A DNA stretch of 63,818 bases, filler included, from Octopus bimaculoides (GCF_001194135.2; 8 parts of 8 records of this genome joined end to end with filler, not necessarily neighbours in it); one strand, 5' to 3'. Positions 26,577-39,791 are shown, counted from the whole stretch's first letter. The notes: generated from the letters alone by a model not told the origin. Translations and numbers: made by a program.

Positions 26577-28223
26577 CGCGCGCAAGTGTGTTTGTGCTTG
26601 TGTGTGCATGCGCGCGTTCTTATATATTATATGCCTATATGTACATGTTGCTTGCTGTCTGCATATATATATTACATATATACTGCACATATAAATATGC
26701 CTGTATACATACACACACACACACGTACACATATGTATATATATATACATGTGTGTGAGTGTGTGTGTGAGTATATATGTATATATATGTGTGTGTGTGT
26801 GTGTGGTGTACATATAGAAACATATATATATATGTGTGCTCATATATATATATTCACATATATAGACATTTATATATATATTAGATGCATGTATATATAT
26901 ATATATATATATATATNNNNNNNNNNNNNNNNNNNNNNNNNNNNNNNNNNNNNNNNNNNNNNNNNNNNNNNNNNNNNNNNNNNNNNNNNNNNNNNNNNNN
27001 NNNNNNNNNNNNNNNNNNNNNNNNNNNNNNNNNNNNNNNNNNNNNNNNNNNNNNNNNNNNNNNNNNNNNNNNNNNNNNNNNNNNNNNNNNNNNNNNNNNN
27101 NNNNNNNNNNNNNNNNNNNNNNNNNNNNNNNNNNNNNNNNNNNNNNNNNNNNNNNNNNNNNNNNNNNNNNNNNNNNNNNNNNNNNNNNNNNNNNNNNNNN
27201 NNNNNNNNNNNNNNNNNNNNNNNNNNNNNNNNNNNNNNNNNNNNNNNNNNNNNNNNNNNNNNNNNNNNNNNNNNNNNNNNNNNNNNNNNNNNNNNNNNNN
27301 NNNNNNNNNNNNNNNNNNNNNNNNNNNNNNNNNNNNNNNNNNNNNNNNNNNNNNNNNNNNNNNNNNNNNNNNNNNNNNNNNNNNNNNNNNNNNNNNNNNN
27401 NNNNNNNNNNNNNNNNNNNNNNNNNNNNNNNNNNNNNNNNNNNNNNNNNNNNNNNNNNNNNNNNNNNNNNNNNNNNNNNNNNNNNNNNNNNNNNNNNNNN
27501 NNNNNNNNNNNNNNNNNNNNNNNNNNNNNNNNNNNNNNNNNNNNNNNNNNNNNNNNNNNNNNNNNNNNNNNNNNNNNNNNNNNNNNNNNNNNNNNNNNNN
27601 NNNNNNNNNNNNNNNNNNNNNNNNNNNNNNNNNNNNNNNNNNNNNNNNNNNNNNNNNNNNNNNNNNNNNNNNNNNNNNNNNNNNNNNNNNNNNNNNNNNN
27701 NNNNNNNNNNNNNNNNNNNNNNNNNNNNNNNNNNNNNNNNNTATATATATACATCTATATATGTAAATTCTTACATACGTAAAAATATGTATCCAAACAT
27801 CGATTTGAGCGTACGAATGTGTGTTTATGTGTAATCGTGCGGGTATGTGTGCGTGCGCATGTGTGCGGGGGGGGGTGTACTAAAGTTAGATCAAATTATA
27901 AACAACTTTATGAATTAGTCTGGCAACCTCAAACGTTGACCTTACGGACTTACTATGATCTCGCTGTGCAGAAGAAGGTGTGAAACGCGGGAACAGAAAA
28001 AAGAGGACGTCCTAAAGCATTGAATGCCATGTCTGTTTTCTGTCAGTCATTAGTTGTATTCTGCACACTAGCCTATCCCGGGGTCTGATGACCCGCGTTA
28101 TACTGCATTCGATACTGGAGAGGAGGTTGGGACCCTCGACTTAAGTTACAGTCGCGCTTCAAGGTGCTTATATATTTTTTCAAAACCACACATACACTTA
28201 CACACGCACGCACGCATGCACAC

Positions 28224-28273
<50 letters not shown>

Positions 28274-28657
28274 CCATACACATATATATGTATATGTATG
28301 TACGGTTTTAAATATGAAACCATTACCTAAAACTTCAGATTAAAAATCAGCGCAAACCGGATCCTGGTCAGTTAAATATGATTCTTTTTCCTTCTACTAC
28401 GACACTTCTTTTAAGAGCAACACACACAGACAAGCAACTAAGATGTGTTCCCTTATTTTCCTATTCTCTCTTCCACTTATGTTACAGATGACAAACATAT
28501 CTTATGAAGAGTAACACCAATATATTTTCAGTCAAACAATACTAAGAAAACATTTACTCCGTGAAAACTTATTTTTCTATTTTTATTTTGATATATATGA
28601 ATGCACAGGAGAAAACTTTTTTCCCCTTATGTTAAAAAAGTTATATATGTATATATG

Positions 28658-28688
<31 letters not shown>

Positions 28689-29221
28689 GAATAGTCAGAT
28701 AGATACCCGCATATATAAATGTGTGTGTATACGTATCTATGTGTTAATACACCTTGCACCGAATTCAGCCCCACCACTCCCCACCGACGAAATTGTTGTC
28801 CAATTTTTCTTTAACATCCTCTTGCTTTTAATTGTGCAAAGTATACTTGGACAATCTTTTTATATACCTCAAACGTCTTCTAGTCTGAGGGTGAGAAAGT
28901 GAAGGATATCTTCAAAAAAAAGTAAAAGATATAGATGTTGAAAATACAAATATATTAATTACTTGTAGAGACACAGTATTTTGTTTTGCAACCATAAAAT
29001 ACTACCAAGCATAGAAAAGGTTTACAAGTCAGTATTGTGCCTTACATTTTGTGTTAGCAGTGCGATGTTCTCGATTTTGAGTTTCTACAGAATTTCTAGC
29101 CAACACAGAAAGTTGCGAAAGTTATGACCTTTCGTATACGAATGCCATACGTTTACATAAACGTATTTGTATTGGAACCATGGGAACTTGAAATGTTGAT
29201 TAAAGAAGAACAAGAAGCGCG

Positions 29222-29253
<32 letters not shown>

Positions 29254-29278
29254 ACTATGTGTGCGTGTATGTATATCT

Positions 29279-29357
29279 GTGTCTTCTGCTATAGCCTCAG
29301 GCCGACAAAAGCTTTGTGAGTGGATTTGGCAGACGGAAACTGAAAGAAACCCGTCGT
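29279..29357 (+). mobile_element. SINE family 2, 5-prime-truncated middle fragment
   Basis: GTGTCTTCTGCTATAGCCTCAGGCCGAC..GTGAGTGGATTTGGCAGACGGAAACTGAAAGAAACCCGTCG then (AT)n. Confidence 0.75.
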
Positions 29358-29384
29358 ATATATATATATATATATAAAGACCCC

Positions 29385-29688
29385 CTTCCATCATGAATGG
29401 TCACGGAATTACATCTAAAATGTTCCCCTCCGAGGCACAAGTCCAGGCAAGGTTGTTTAGGAAGACCAGCCGTCATCCATGCATACCAGCCTCCCTCCCC
29501 TCTCCACTCATCTTATCGAAGGGAGAGGCATCAATGACGTCACAGCTCATTTCTACAATTGAGTGAAGTGGAGCAACGTGAAATAGAGTGCCTTGCTCAA
29601 GAACACAACATACAGCCCGCTCCGGGAATCGAACTCACTATCTCGTGATTGTGAGCCCAACTCCCTAACCATTGAGCCATGCGCCTTC
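29385..29688 (-). mobile_element. SINE family 3 with clear tRNA head and CORE-like domain
   Basis: Minus strand: A-box TGGCTCAATGG, B-box GAGTTCGATTCC, then TTCTTGAGCAAGGCACT..TGTAGAAATGAG, which resembles the CORE domain (recall). Confidence 0.8.
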
Positions 29689-29771
29689 GCATATGTGTGT
29701 GTACGCGTGCGCACATGTGTGTGTGTATGCGAGTGTGTGTGCGTGTATGTATATATGCATACATATATATA

Positions 29772-29811
<40 letters not shown>

Positions 29812-30067
29812 AATCAGTATTCACTTAACAGAAGAAAAGAAAATGGAGAGTTGAGAGTTAATAATTATTTATTAATATAATCATACTTCATACTTCCTAC
29901 ATCCTCTTTTCTTCTATTAAGCGAATATAGATTGTATGCATAATATATACCTATCGATTTGGGGAAATTTTATTTCCCAAAAATATTTTTTGTACAGAAC
30001 CAGTGTTTTTTTTGTTTTTGTTTTTTTTAATATAATCATCGCTTTATGAGGTCAATATATCCTTTAT

Positions 30068-30283
30068 ATAATGCGGCGACCTGGTAGAAACTTTGGCTAG
30101 CCGGGCGAAATGCCTAGCGATATTTCGTCTGTGTTTACGTTCTGAGTTCAAATTCCGCCGAGGTCGACTTTGCCTTTCATCCTTTCAGGGTCGATAAATT
30201 AAGTACCAGTTGCCTACTGAGGTCGATGTAATCGACTGCCCTCCTCCCCAAACATTTCGGGCCTTGTGCTTCGAGTAGAAAAG
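30068..30283 (+). mobile_element. Full-length SINE family 1 with 14-bp TSD
   Basis: AATATATCCTTTAT at 30054-30067 and 30284-30297; intact B-box and tail. Confidence 0.92.
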
Positions 30284-30588
30284 AATATATCCTTTATTTC
30301 TATGTTCGTTTGTCCAGGAGATTTACTTGACTGCAGCCGACTACTCCAGTCACTACTCCGAGTTTTTCGTTCCGTTTTGACATCCGAATAATGATAGATG
30401 TCAATATTGCATCAATTAACACTCGGAGTAATTAAACAGAGATATTTTTTGTTTTACCTGTACATTTAATGAGGAGAGGACGCCTTTCTGTAGAAAAGTT
30501 AATAAGTCTTGGGTACATTTTTTTGCGGAACGAAATTGGGATGGTAACTGAAGACTCAGTACTTTGATAGATCACACACGCACACATA

Positions 30589-30651
<63 letters not shown>

Positions 30652-31058
30652 ATGCACACTTGCATGCACGCACACACGAGCATACACACAAATTCACAAA
30701 TTTTTTTTGTGTCTATATGTGTACATATAAGATATATGTAGAAATATATATATGTTTGTGTGTGTGTGTAGATGTGTATATATATATATATATATATACA
30801 TGGATACATAAAGATAAATAGATAGAGAAGATATTACTATATATATACATATATATACATACATAATACAAAAACGCACATACAAATATAGGGACAAACT
30901 TACTTTTCCGCACCAATTTTTCTCATCACACTTTCTGTATACATACATGATTATATATGTATGTATNNNNNNNNNNNNNNNNNNNNNNNNNNNNNNNNNN
31001 NNNNNNNNNNNNNNNNNNNNNNNNNNNNNNNNNNNNNNNNNNNNNNNNNNNNNNNNNN

Positions 31059-31112
<54 letters not shown>

Positions 31113-31132
31113 ATGTATGTATGTATATATGC

Positions 31133-31164
<32 letters not shown>

Positions 31165-31881
31165 AGACATACAGACAGACAGACAGACATACAGACAGGC
31201 AGACAGACAGACAGACAGGCAGACAGACAGACAGACAGGCAGACAGACAGACAGATAGATATAGATATAGATATATGTATATAGTGTGTGAGTGTGTGTG
31301 TACCCGACAATGTTCTTTTTTCCCCTCTCGCTTCTCGTCGCTTCTTTCTTCTCACCCAAGTCTTCCTAAACTCCTTATTATCTTCTGCTCGTAACATGCC
31401 TGTTTCTTTGGCTTTCTGTTGCCCTTTTCCTTTCCCTTCTTCTTTTTTTTTTATGATTCTCCTGTTGTTGTTGTTGTTGTTGTCGTTATTATTATTATTG
31501 TTGTCGTTGCTACTCATATTGTTGTTGTTGTTGTTGTTTTCGTTTCGTTGCTTTGTTTCTGTTGTGTTTTTACGTGTTTGTTGTTATGTCTATTATTCGG
31601 CTCAGTATGTTGACATTTACCCAGGAATCTCCTATTTTCGATGACTACCTCCTGCTCGTAGTAAGCCTTCCTCTAGCAGCACTTTTAACAAATTCACTAC
31701 TGTGAAATTAAAGCTGCCCTCCCCTAGCCCTACCCTTTCCTCCTTCCTGCCCGAACCACAAACCAAAGAAGACGATTCCTCACTCACTCAGAACTTCAAC
31801 GAAAAAGAAAATGGGGACGAAATATTTATTATCTCTACATCTCTCTCTCTACATCTATGATTTTCTCTCTCTTTCTTTCTC

Positions 31882-31983
<102 letters not shown>

Positions 31984-32391
31984 CCAAATATCAATACTAA
32001 ACAGAGACACACACACAAACACAACTTGCATCTTACATACATAGCGACATGTACACATATATACACACATACGCATCTACACACACATACACACACACAC
32101 ATAAATATATATAAAACTATGTATGCTAAGTATGTCTGCACATATGCGTATTCATACATTCATATATATATATATATATATANNNNNNNNNNNNNNNNNN
32201 NNNNNNNNNNNNNNNNNNNNNNNNNNNNNNNNNNNNNNNNNNNNNNNNNNNNNNNNNNNNNNNNNNNNNNNNNNNNNNNNNNNNNNNNNNNNNNNNNNNN
32301 NNNNNNNNNNNNNNNNNNNNNNNNNNNNNNNNNNNNNNNNNNNNNNNNNNNNNNNNNNNNNNNNNNNNNNNNNNNNNNNNNNNNNNNNNNN

Positions 32392-32464
<73 letters not shown>

Positions 32465-32611
32465 CATACATATATATATATATATACATATATATATGTA
32501 TATGAATAATATTTATAATGATAATTATTATTAGATTATTTTCATTATTACTATTATTATTAGTGTTGTTGTTGTTGTTGTTGTTAACAAATATAATATT
32601 TTTACCCATCG

Positions 32612-32760
32612 ATGTCTGCCTTTCACTCTTTCGGTATCGATCTCAAAAAAGTACCAGTCGCAAACTGGTATTTTATTAGAATTGATGTTATCAACTTTTT
32701 TCACCCACTCTCTTCCAAATTGCTGTCCTTGTACCAAAGTAGAAAAAATTATCACTATCA
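32612..32760 (+). mobile_element. Decayed SINE family 1, 3-prime part
   Basis: GCCTTTCACTCTTTCGG..TCGAT..AAGTACCAGT..ACTGG..CCTTGTACCAAAGTAGAAAA then (ATT)n. Confidence 0.55.
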
Positions 32761-32937
32761 TTATTATTATTATTATTATTATTAATACTATAAGTGACTT
32801 AACTTGGAAGCTACTCCAATACCAGCCTCTTGGAATCAGATTCTACATTTATAGTCATGCTTTAATTTGGACCAACTTTGCTAGACCTCCATTAGAACGT
32901 CCTCGTCGACATAACAACATAATCGTTAATAATCCTT

Positions 32938-33148
32938 TATACTTTTCTACTGTAGGCACGACGCTTGAAATTTGTGGGGAGGGGACTAGTCGATTACATA
33001 AACTCCAGAACGCAACTGGTACTTAATTTATCGACCCCGAAAGGAAGTAAGTCGACCCCGTTGGAATTTGAACTCAGAACGTACTGACGGGCGAAATGCC
33101 ATTAAGCATTTCTCCCGGTGTGTTAACGGTTCAGCCAGTTTGCCGCCA
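32938..33148 (-). mobile_element. Full-length SINE family 1
   Basis: All family segments present; decayed TSD CGTT(A/G)ATAAT at 32924-32933 and 33156-33165. Confidence 0.85.
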
Positions 33149-33854
33149 TCACGACCGTTGATAATGCGAATGAATTCAATGATAAATCAAATTAATAGAA
33201 ATCCTACATGGTGATATGCTCTCTCGAGATACAAAATACTTTCTTGCATGTGGTTTTAGTAAATTATATATTTATGCGCTATTTAGGTACCGCAGTTAAA
33301 ACATGTTGATGGGTTTCTCTTTCCCGCTACAGCTGAATTAGATATTTTCATGTGAAAATTCTACGGTAAATATTTTTTTTTAGTAGTCTTTCAATATTGC
33401 TGTATAAATAGATTATAACACACCAATTTAATTGTAACCGCGTTTGTCTCATATTACAAATAGCCATCAGTTAGAATTGTGATTGAGGCTAGCAAAATGA
33501 ATCATCCGTCACTGATGAAACGGCTAGAAACACTGAAACGAGTGAGATTGATTACTGCTTTCTAGTCACAGAGCAAACATTAATGTGTACATATGTGTGT
33601 GTGTGTGTGTATGTATGTGTGAGTGTACGTGTGTGTGTACGTGTGTGTAAAAAAACATGGTGGTAAAAAAAATAAACACCATAATTGGTCAAACAATTTC
33701 AGATCACCCCTATATATTATGTTTATTTTTTTAAGCACTAAGTTTGTCTTTTGTCTCGGTTCTTTCTTGGGCACTTCACTTTGCAACCTTGTGCTTAATT
33801 TAATTTTGATTCTTATAAGGGAAAACGGAATTTAAAATTATATATTTTGTGACA

Positions 33855-34396
33855 TACATCATCCTGAGTCAGTCGTTGGAGGTGAAAATGTCACTATCCT
33901 CTGGGGTTTTCCAGTCAACACTGACAGAACGATCCAGGCCTATCGACCAGACATCATTATTAAAGACAGGGAAGAAAATACTTGTAGACTTATAGATGTA
34001 AGTGTTCCACCTGATACAAATATATCTGTCTAGGAATTTGACAAACTAAGCATAAGAACCTGGAAATTGAAATACAAATGATGTGGCATCTTAAAACGAG
34101 AACTGTTCCTGTTATTGTAGGTTCCCTAGGTATGATAAAAAAAAGAGATATCGAAAACATCTAGATAAGATCCCAGGAGAACCATGTCTCAGAGAAATCC
34201 AAAATATTGTACTGACAAGTACTGCCCATATCCTTAGAAACACCCTATCCATTTAAATGTCTGTGTTGCATTGCATGAAGATGTTTCACTCACTCCCCTC
34301 CCCAAGCTTTCAGTATTACTGTAACATCTCTTATTCTTCACTCGCCTCAGGACACTGGGTGTGTCTCGGTAAGTGACTGTAACAAACATGCATATT
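33855..34396 (+). pseudogene. Dong/R4-type RLE LINE C-terminus and 3-prime UTR
   Basis: HHPESVVGGENVTILWGFPVNTDRTIQAYRPDIIIKD..CRLIDVSVPPDTN..MWHLKTRTVPVIVGSLG..TAHILRNTLSI*; stop and frameshifts present. Confidence 0.88.
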
Positions 34397-34560
34397 AGAA
34401 GAAGAAGAAGCAGAAGAAGAAGAAGAAGAAGAAGAAGAAGAAGAAGAAGAAGAAGAAGAAGAAGAAGAAGAAGAAGAAGAAGAAGAAGAAGAAGAAGAAG
34501 AAGAAGAAGAAGAAGAAGAAGAAGAAGAAGAAGAAGAAGAAGAAGAAGGAGGAGGAGGAG
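34397..34560. repeat. (GAA)~50 grading into (GGA)n
   Basis: Directly visible, one interruption at about 34411. Confidence 0.95.
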
Positions 34561-34753
34561 GCCTGAAATTTGGGGGAGGTGGATAGTCGATTTAATCGAC
34601 TCCAGTGCGTAACTGGTACTTATTTTATCGAATCGAGAGGATGAAAGGCAAAATCGATCCAGGTGGCATTTGAACTCTGAACATAAAAAACGGACGAAAC
34701 ACTGCTGGGCATTTTGTCCGGTGCAGTAATGAATTCTGATAGCTCTCAGCCGC
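34561..34753 (-). mobile_element. SINE family 1, diverged
   Basis: GGCCTGAAATTTGGGGGAGG..GTCGATTTAATCGAC..GGATGAAAGGC..TTTGAACTC. Confidence 0.8.
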
Positions 34754-35165
34754 AGAACCAAAGCAACCGCTATGCTAATGTTCTTATTGGTGTTGCTGTC
34801 GCTCTTATTGTAGTTTGTGGCTGTTGCTATTGTAGTTACTGCTGCTGCTGTTGTTGTTGTTCGTCATGCTTTCTTTTGTTCTGTACAAGGAAGAATATTA
34901 TGTTTATCATTCGTAAACCTGATAAATCTGTAGCTCGGATGATTGATGTTCTGACACGCATCAAAGTGTTTTGCGTGTTTCGTTTTTTCTAAAAGAAAAA
35001 AATACATTATATGTATACGGTGTGCGAGCGTATGTGTATATGTGTAAACATAAGTACACATACATACATAATATTAATTTGAAGTGTAAGACATGGATTC
35101 ATAGAATCATGTGGCTATCATATATTGACAATTATACATGTATGTGTGTGTGCATATACGCACAC

Positions 35166-35204
<39 letters not shown>

Positions 35205-35304
35205 NNNNNNNNNNNNNNNNNNNNNNNNNNNNNNNNNNNNNNNNNNNNTTAATTAATTAANNNNNNNNNNNNNNNNNNNNNNNNNNNNNNNNNNNNNNNN
35301 NNNN

Positions 35305-35359
<55 letters not shown>

Positions 35360-35402
35360 GTCGTTGTTGTTGTTGCTGCTGCTACTGCTGCTGTTGTTGT
35401 TG

Positions 35403-35440
<38 letters not shown>

Positions 35441-35441
<1 letters not shown>

Positions 35442-35625
35442 TTTCCAGTTATGTTTTCAGAGCCTTCGATTTCACTTGCTTCGGTTAATTCTGTAAGAGC
35501 CCCTCACAGGATCTCTTTCCACAAAACTTAACACCCAAGTGCCAATCTCAAGATTCTAGCTGTCCACAAAAAAGCAGCTCTATGAGCATGTTCTATATTC
35601 ATGGCAATCCCAATTTCTCCAAATA
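35441..35625 (-). pseudogene. Extreme 3-prime end of another Dong/R4-type LINE
   Basis: YLEKLGIAMNIEHAHRAAFLWTARILRLALGC* parallels the family C-terminal GTARILRKVL motif, followed by UTR and triplet repeats. Confidence 0.6.
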
Positions 35626-35644
35626 TTATTAATAAATACTATTA

Positions 35645-36148
35645 TTTACTGTCTTTGCACAGCTTCTAACGATGGAGATGTACTACAGTGTCAGCTGTTT
35701 ACTACCAGTGAACTAAGGTAACACTTCTCATTTTTCGAGCACCTTCCAGAGTATTCGAGCGGTTCCAAACAGCACTGTTTTCTGCAAGTGCTTCACCCTT
35801 ATTACAGCCCCTATTTGTTTCATGTACTTCTCAACATTTTTACTCACTGTTCCCAAGGCTCCGACAGTTATTGTTACTACCATCACCTTTTTCAGCGACC
35901 ATAGCTGCTTAACCTCCCATATCTACCAACTTTTCTTTCTTCCTTATTGAATACCTTTTTGTCAGCTGGCCATGCTATATTTATGATCCAACATTGTTTG
36001 CTTTTGTTCTCAATTAAAACTATGTTCGGCCTCCTATTCTCTATCTCATGGTCGCTATGAAACATAAAATCCCATATGATCTTTGCGTTATCATTTTTGA
36101 TGATGCCTTCCGGTTTACGTTCGTACCACTTTTTTCCTCTGTTAAGCA
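35645..36148 (-). pseudogene. 5-prime-truncated Dong/R4-type RLE LINE flanked by TAA repeats
   Basis: KWYERKPEGIIKNDNAKIIWDFMFHSDHEIENRRPNIVLI..CWIINIAWPAD..ITVGALG..LQKTVLFGTARILWKVLEK*; (TAA)n at the 5-prime junction, AATAATAG..TAATAAT at the 3-prime junction. Confidence 0.85.
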
Positions 36149-36182
36149 CATTATTATTATTATTATTATTGGTACTACTACT

Positions 36183-36570
36183 CACGTTCTGAGTTCAAAT
36201 TCCGTGGAGGTTGACTTTACCTTTCAACATCTCAAAATCCCTGAAATACTACACAGTTGAAAACTAGGGTTGATGTAATCGACTTACACCCCTCCCCTAA
36301 ACTTGCTGGCCTTGTGCCAAAATTTGAGATCAATAATAATGTTATTATTATTGTGGTGAACTGGCAGAATGGCTAACACGTCGGGAGAATTGCTTAGCGC
36401 CCTTTGGCTCGTCTTTACGCTCTGAGTTCAAATTCCCCCGAGGTCGACTTTGCCTTTCAACCTTTCGTGGTCGATAAATTAAATACCAGTGAGACACTGG
36501 GCTCGATTCAATCGACTAGTCTCTTCCCCAAAATGTCAGACCTTGCACACTCAGTAGAAAGGATTATTAT
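36183..36570 (+). mobile_element. Two tandem SINE family 1 copies (36183-36335 truncated, tail type B; 36352-36570 full, tail type A)
   Basis: Both have B-box GAGTTCAAATTCC; tails GGCCTTGTGCCAAAATTTGAG versus CCTTGCACACTCAGTAGAAAGG; both end in TAA/TAT repeats. Confidence 0.8.
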
Positions 36571-37555
36571 TATTATTACAAGAAATATATATTTTTATTT
36601 ATCTGTAAGAAATATTTAGAAAAGACATAAAATATATATCATAGCTCTTAAATTTTATTTCATTAAGTTTCAGCGCGTAAATATCTCTACTGAAATTCCA
36701 AATTCAATATGCATAATTGAAATATAGTTTAACTGTTTGTACAGCTTCTGTTGTCTATTTGCATTCGAAAGCATTAAACAAAAACTCTCCTAATACAATA
36801 TAACGCTGATATTGTGATACAAATTATCAATTGTTCAGCCGATACTACGACTCCCTATCGAATTGGCCTAGATGCAGTTCTTTGTTCAACTTAAAGTAGA
36901 GAAACCGTAGGTATTTGTATGATCGTATATTTCCATGTTGTACTTGAATTTATTTATAATTAGATAAAGGTGTGTTTGTTGCTTCAAGTGAATTTCAGTA
37001 AATTCGTTGCCTTAAATATAAAATAGATCGTATCTGTAGTACTTTCTACACTAATTCATGGAAATATTTTAACCTAAAGCCAATGAAACTTTGGTAGTAA
37101 TACCTTTGAAGTTAAACTGATGCCAATAGAAGATATCTAGCAAAAATATGAACACAAATCATTTCTATAGTATTGGATTTTCTTTCCCAAACAGCTACCG
37201 AATACTTTTGAAAAAATAACAAACTTAGAAAATGAGTATCCTGAAGTTAGTCTCATTTCCTTACTGTCTAATACACCAAAATGATATTATTTTGTATATC
37301 TCAAAAGTTAGTAACTATAATAGAAGCTAAATGTTCAAAATGAAAGATAACCAGGATGTGTAAACACAATTTGACGTAACGTTAAGATCAGCACACATTG
37401 ATAACCATTAAATATCTATGACTATTTCCTACAATATCCAGGCATACTTACAACACTGCAAAACCACTGGTCCAGTACTAACATGAGAATATTGCTTCGT
37501 CTGCTCAAACGCAACATTTCCTCTCACATCACCAAAGACAGATAAGTATAGAGAA

Positions 37556-37850
37556 ACAGACTTCAAATTTTGGCACAAAGAGAGTAGTTTCGGGGAAGAA
37601 GTTGCGTCAATTGCCTCGGTCCCAGTGTTCATCTGGTACATATATTCTTTTCTACTCTAGGCACAAGGCCCGAAATTTTTGGGAAAGGGGTCAGTCGATT
37701 AGATCGATCCCAGTACGAAACTGACACTTAATTTATCGATCCCAAAAGGATGAAAGGCAAAGTTGACTCGGCGGAATTTGAACTCAGAACGTAAAGACAG
37801 ACGAAAATACCGCTAAGCATTTCGCCCGGCGTACTAACGTTTCTGCCAGC
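37556..37850 (-). mobile_element. Young SINE family 1 (37641-37850) abutting or inserted in an older type-B tail (37556-37640)
   Basis: The young copy is near consensus; the older remnant reads CAAATTTTGGCACAAAG..CCCAGTGTTCATCTGGTAC. Confidence 0.85.
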
Positions 37851-38184
37851 CTTTCATCTTGTANNNNNNNNNNNNNNNNNNNNNNNNNNNNNNNNNNNNN
37901 NNNNNNNNNNNNNNNNNNNNNNNNNNNNNNNNNNNNNNNNNNNNNNNNNNNNNNNNNNNNNNNNNNNNNNNNNNNNNNNNNNNNNNNNNNNNNNNNNNNN
38001 NNNNNNNNNNNNNNNNNNNNNNNNNNNNNNNNNNNNNNNNNNNNNNNNNNNNNNNNNNNNNNNNNNNNNNNNNNNNNNNNNNNNNNNNNNNNNNNNNNNN
38101 NNNNNNNNNNNNNNNNNNNNNNNNNNNNNNNNNNNNNGAAATGCAATGTGAGGGTTTGTCAGAATCATGTATCTGTCTGTCCGC

Positions 38185-38225
<41 letters not shown>

Positions 38226-38228
<3 letters not shown>

Positions 38229-38545
38229 CACGTTCCCAACAAAGATGTCCTCAAGCAAGCAGGAATACCAAGCATGTTTGCACTCCTCACACAAAGACGT
38301 ATGAAATGGTTTGGATATGTCAATCGTATGAAGATGGCAGACTACCCAAGGACATACTCTACGGAGAGCTTGCTAGGGGCACTAGGTCTGTGGGAAGACC
38401 GTTCTTACGATACAAGGATGTTTGCAAAAGGGACATGAAGGTACGTGACATCAATATTAGCAACCGTGGATATTGGCGACGCACCATAGTAGAGGGAACA
38501 CAAAGAAGTGACAGAGCGAGAAAGGAGAAATGGTCACTTTAAATA
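38226..38545 (+). pseudogene. RTE (BovB-like) LINE C-terminal fragment
   Basis: HVPNKDVLKQAGIPSMFALLTQRRMKWFGYVNRM / EDGRLPKDILYGELARGTRSVGRPFLRYKDVCKRDMK with one frameshift. Confidence 0.88.
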
Positions 38546-38549
38546 AAAC

Positions 38550-38880
38550 CCTTGATTTAATAGCACTGTGTACAAACTCTATACTTGGAATGACCATTTT
38601 AAATACTATTGGATTTTACTCACAAGGTATTGGAATCTTTTATGTATACCATTCTGCCTAAATAAGGGATCTACAAAGGCAAAATCCTTTCGTATCTCAC
38701 ATCTATTTTCATTCGTCCACTTCACTCTCTATTTCGTATCTTTTCTAAATTAACTATTGCTTAACCATTTTCTCACACCGTCTCCGATGAAGGGATATAA
38801 TAAATATCCTGGAAACAGCTTTAAGACCTATTTATAAATGTTCTAAAATCTTAACAGCCTTGGTATTTTATCTCATTCTG
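38550..38880 (+). mobile_element. Probable Penelope-like end with hammerhead
   Basis: AT-rich run-up ending in a hammerhead core; no ORF; boundaries approximate. Confidence 0.45.
38780..38827 (+). ncRNA. Type-I hammerhead ribozyme core
   Basis: GTCT-CCGATGA-A-GGGATAT-aataa-ATATCCT-G-GAAAC-AGCT-TTA-AGAC: helix I GTCT/AGAC, 7-bp helix II; helix III near-palindrome ACAGCT(T)T where ACAGCTGT would be expected. Confidence 0.65.
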
Positions 38881-39097
38881 AAAATATATATATATATATA
38901 CACATGCTGATATATGACCTACGTTGGACCCATTCGCATAATCACCGAACCTGGAGCTTAACTATGGTCTATCCATAGTACTTACTCAGCATTACATCAT
39001 ACCTTTACGTCTTAATGACACCATTACCTCTCATAACCTATATATATGTATGTATATCTGTGTGCATGTGTGTTTGTGCGTGTGTGTAGGTAGATAC

Positions 39098-39144
<47 letters not shown>

Positions 39145-39791
39145 CACTCACATTTATATGCACACACACACATACACTTACACACACACACACACACAGA
39201 TGAATGAACATTCTATTTACGACTATCTCGCTTTTGACGATAGAATGTAGATTAATGTGTACTTGAATTTTAAAAGTCACAGCAGTCAAATGTGACTTGA
39301 AGGTGGTTTGGTTGCTATTTCTAGCTGCCCTTTGGAGCGTTGGCCTGTGAAATTTATAGCGTATAAAAGGTGATAAACTACTAGAGCATGTCATCTGCAG
39401 CATACTTTAAATTCAACCTATTTTCCCATTGCGTTTCTTTTTAGTTGCATTGGCCATAGATTTAAGCGAAGGAAAACTATATTTACACATTTAGCACTTT
39501 TCCAGTTTCCATTAAAATGTAAATGTATTGCAGACATATTTCACGTTAGATGGTGAATCAACATACATATTTACACGTATATGTGTGATTCTATCTATTA
39601 AGCGAATAACTCTTTCAATATTAGAATTATTATGCTACTGTAAGACGTGCCTGGCATTGCCCAGATGTATTGATAACTACAATAGATTAAGAGGAGGGTT
39701 TGATTAACTCTGAAGCGATTCATCCAAAACATTCAGAAGATGGTTCGAATGAGCTTCACAAAAGTGTGCAAATAAATAAATAGATAAATAA

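Noticed and set aside
23866-29688. SINE heads at 23866-23940 and 29610-29688 as tRNA genes
   Set aside because: A/B boxes are present but there is no complete cloverleaf, and both continue into repeat bodies.
33508-33550. CTGATGA...GAAAC hammerhead-like spacing
   Set aside because: Helix II does not pair and the cleavage position is not NUH; at most a dead relic.
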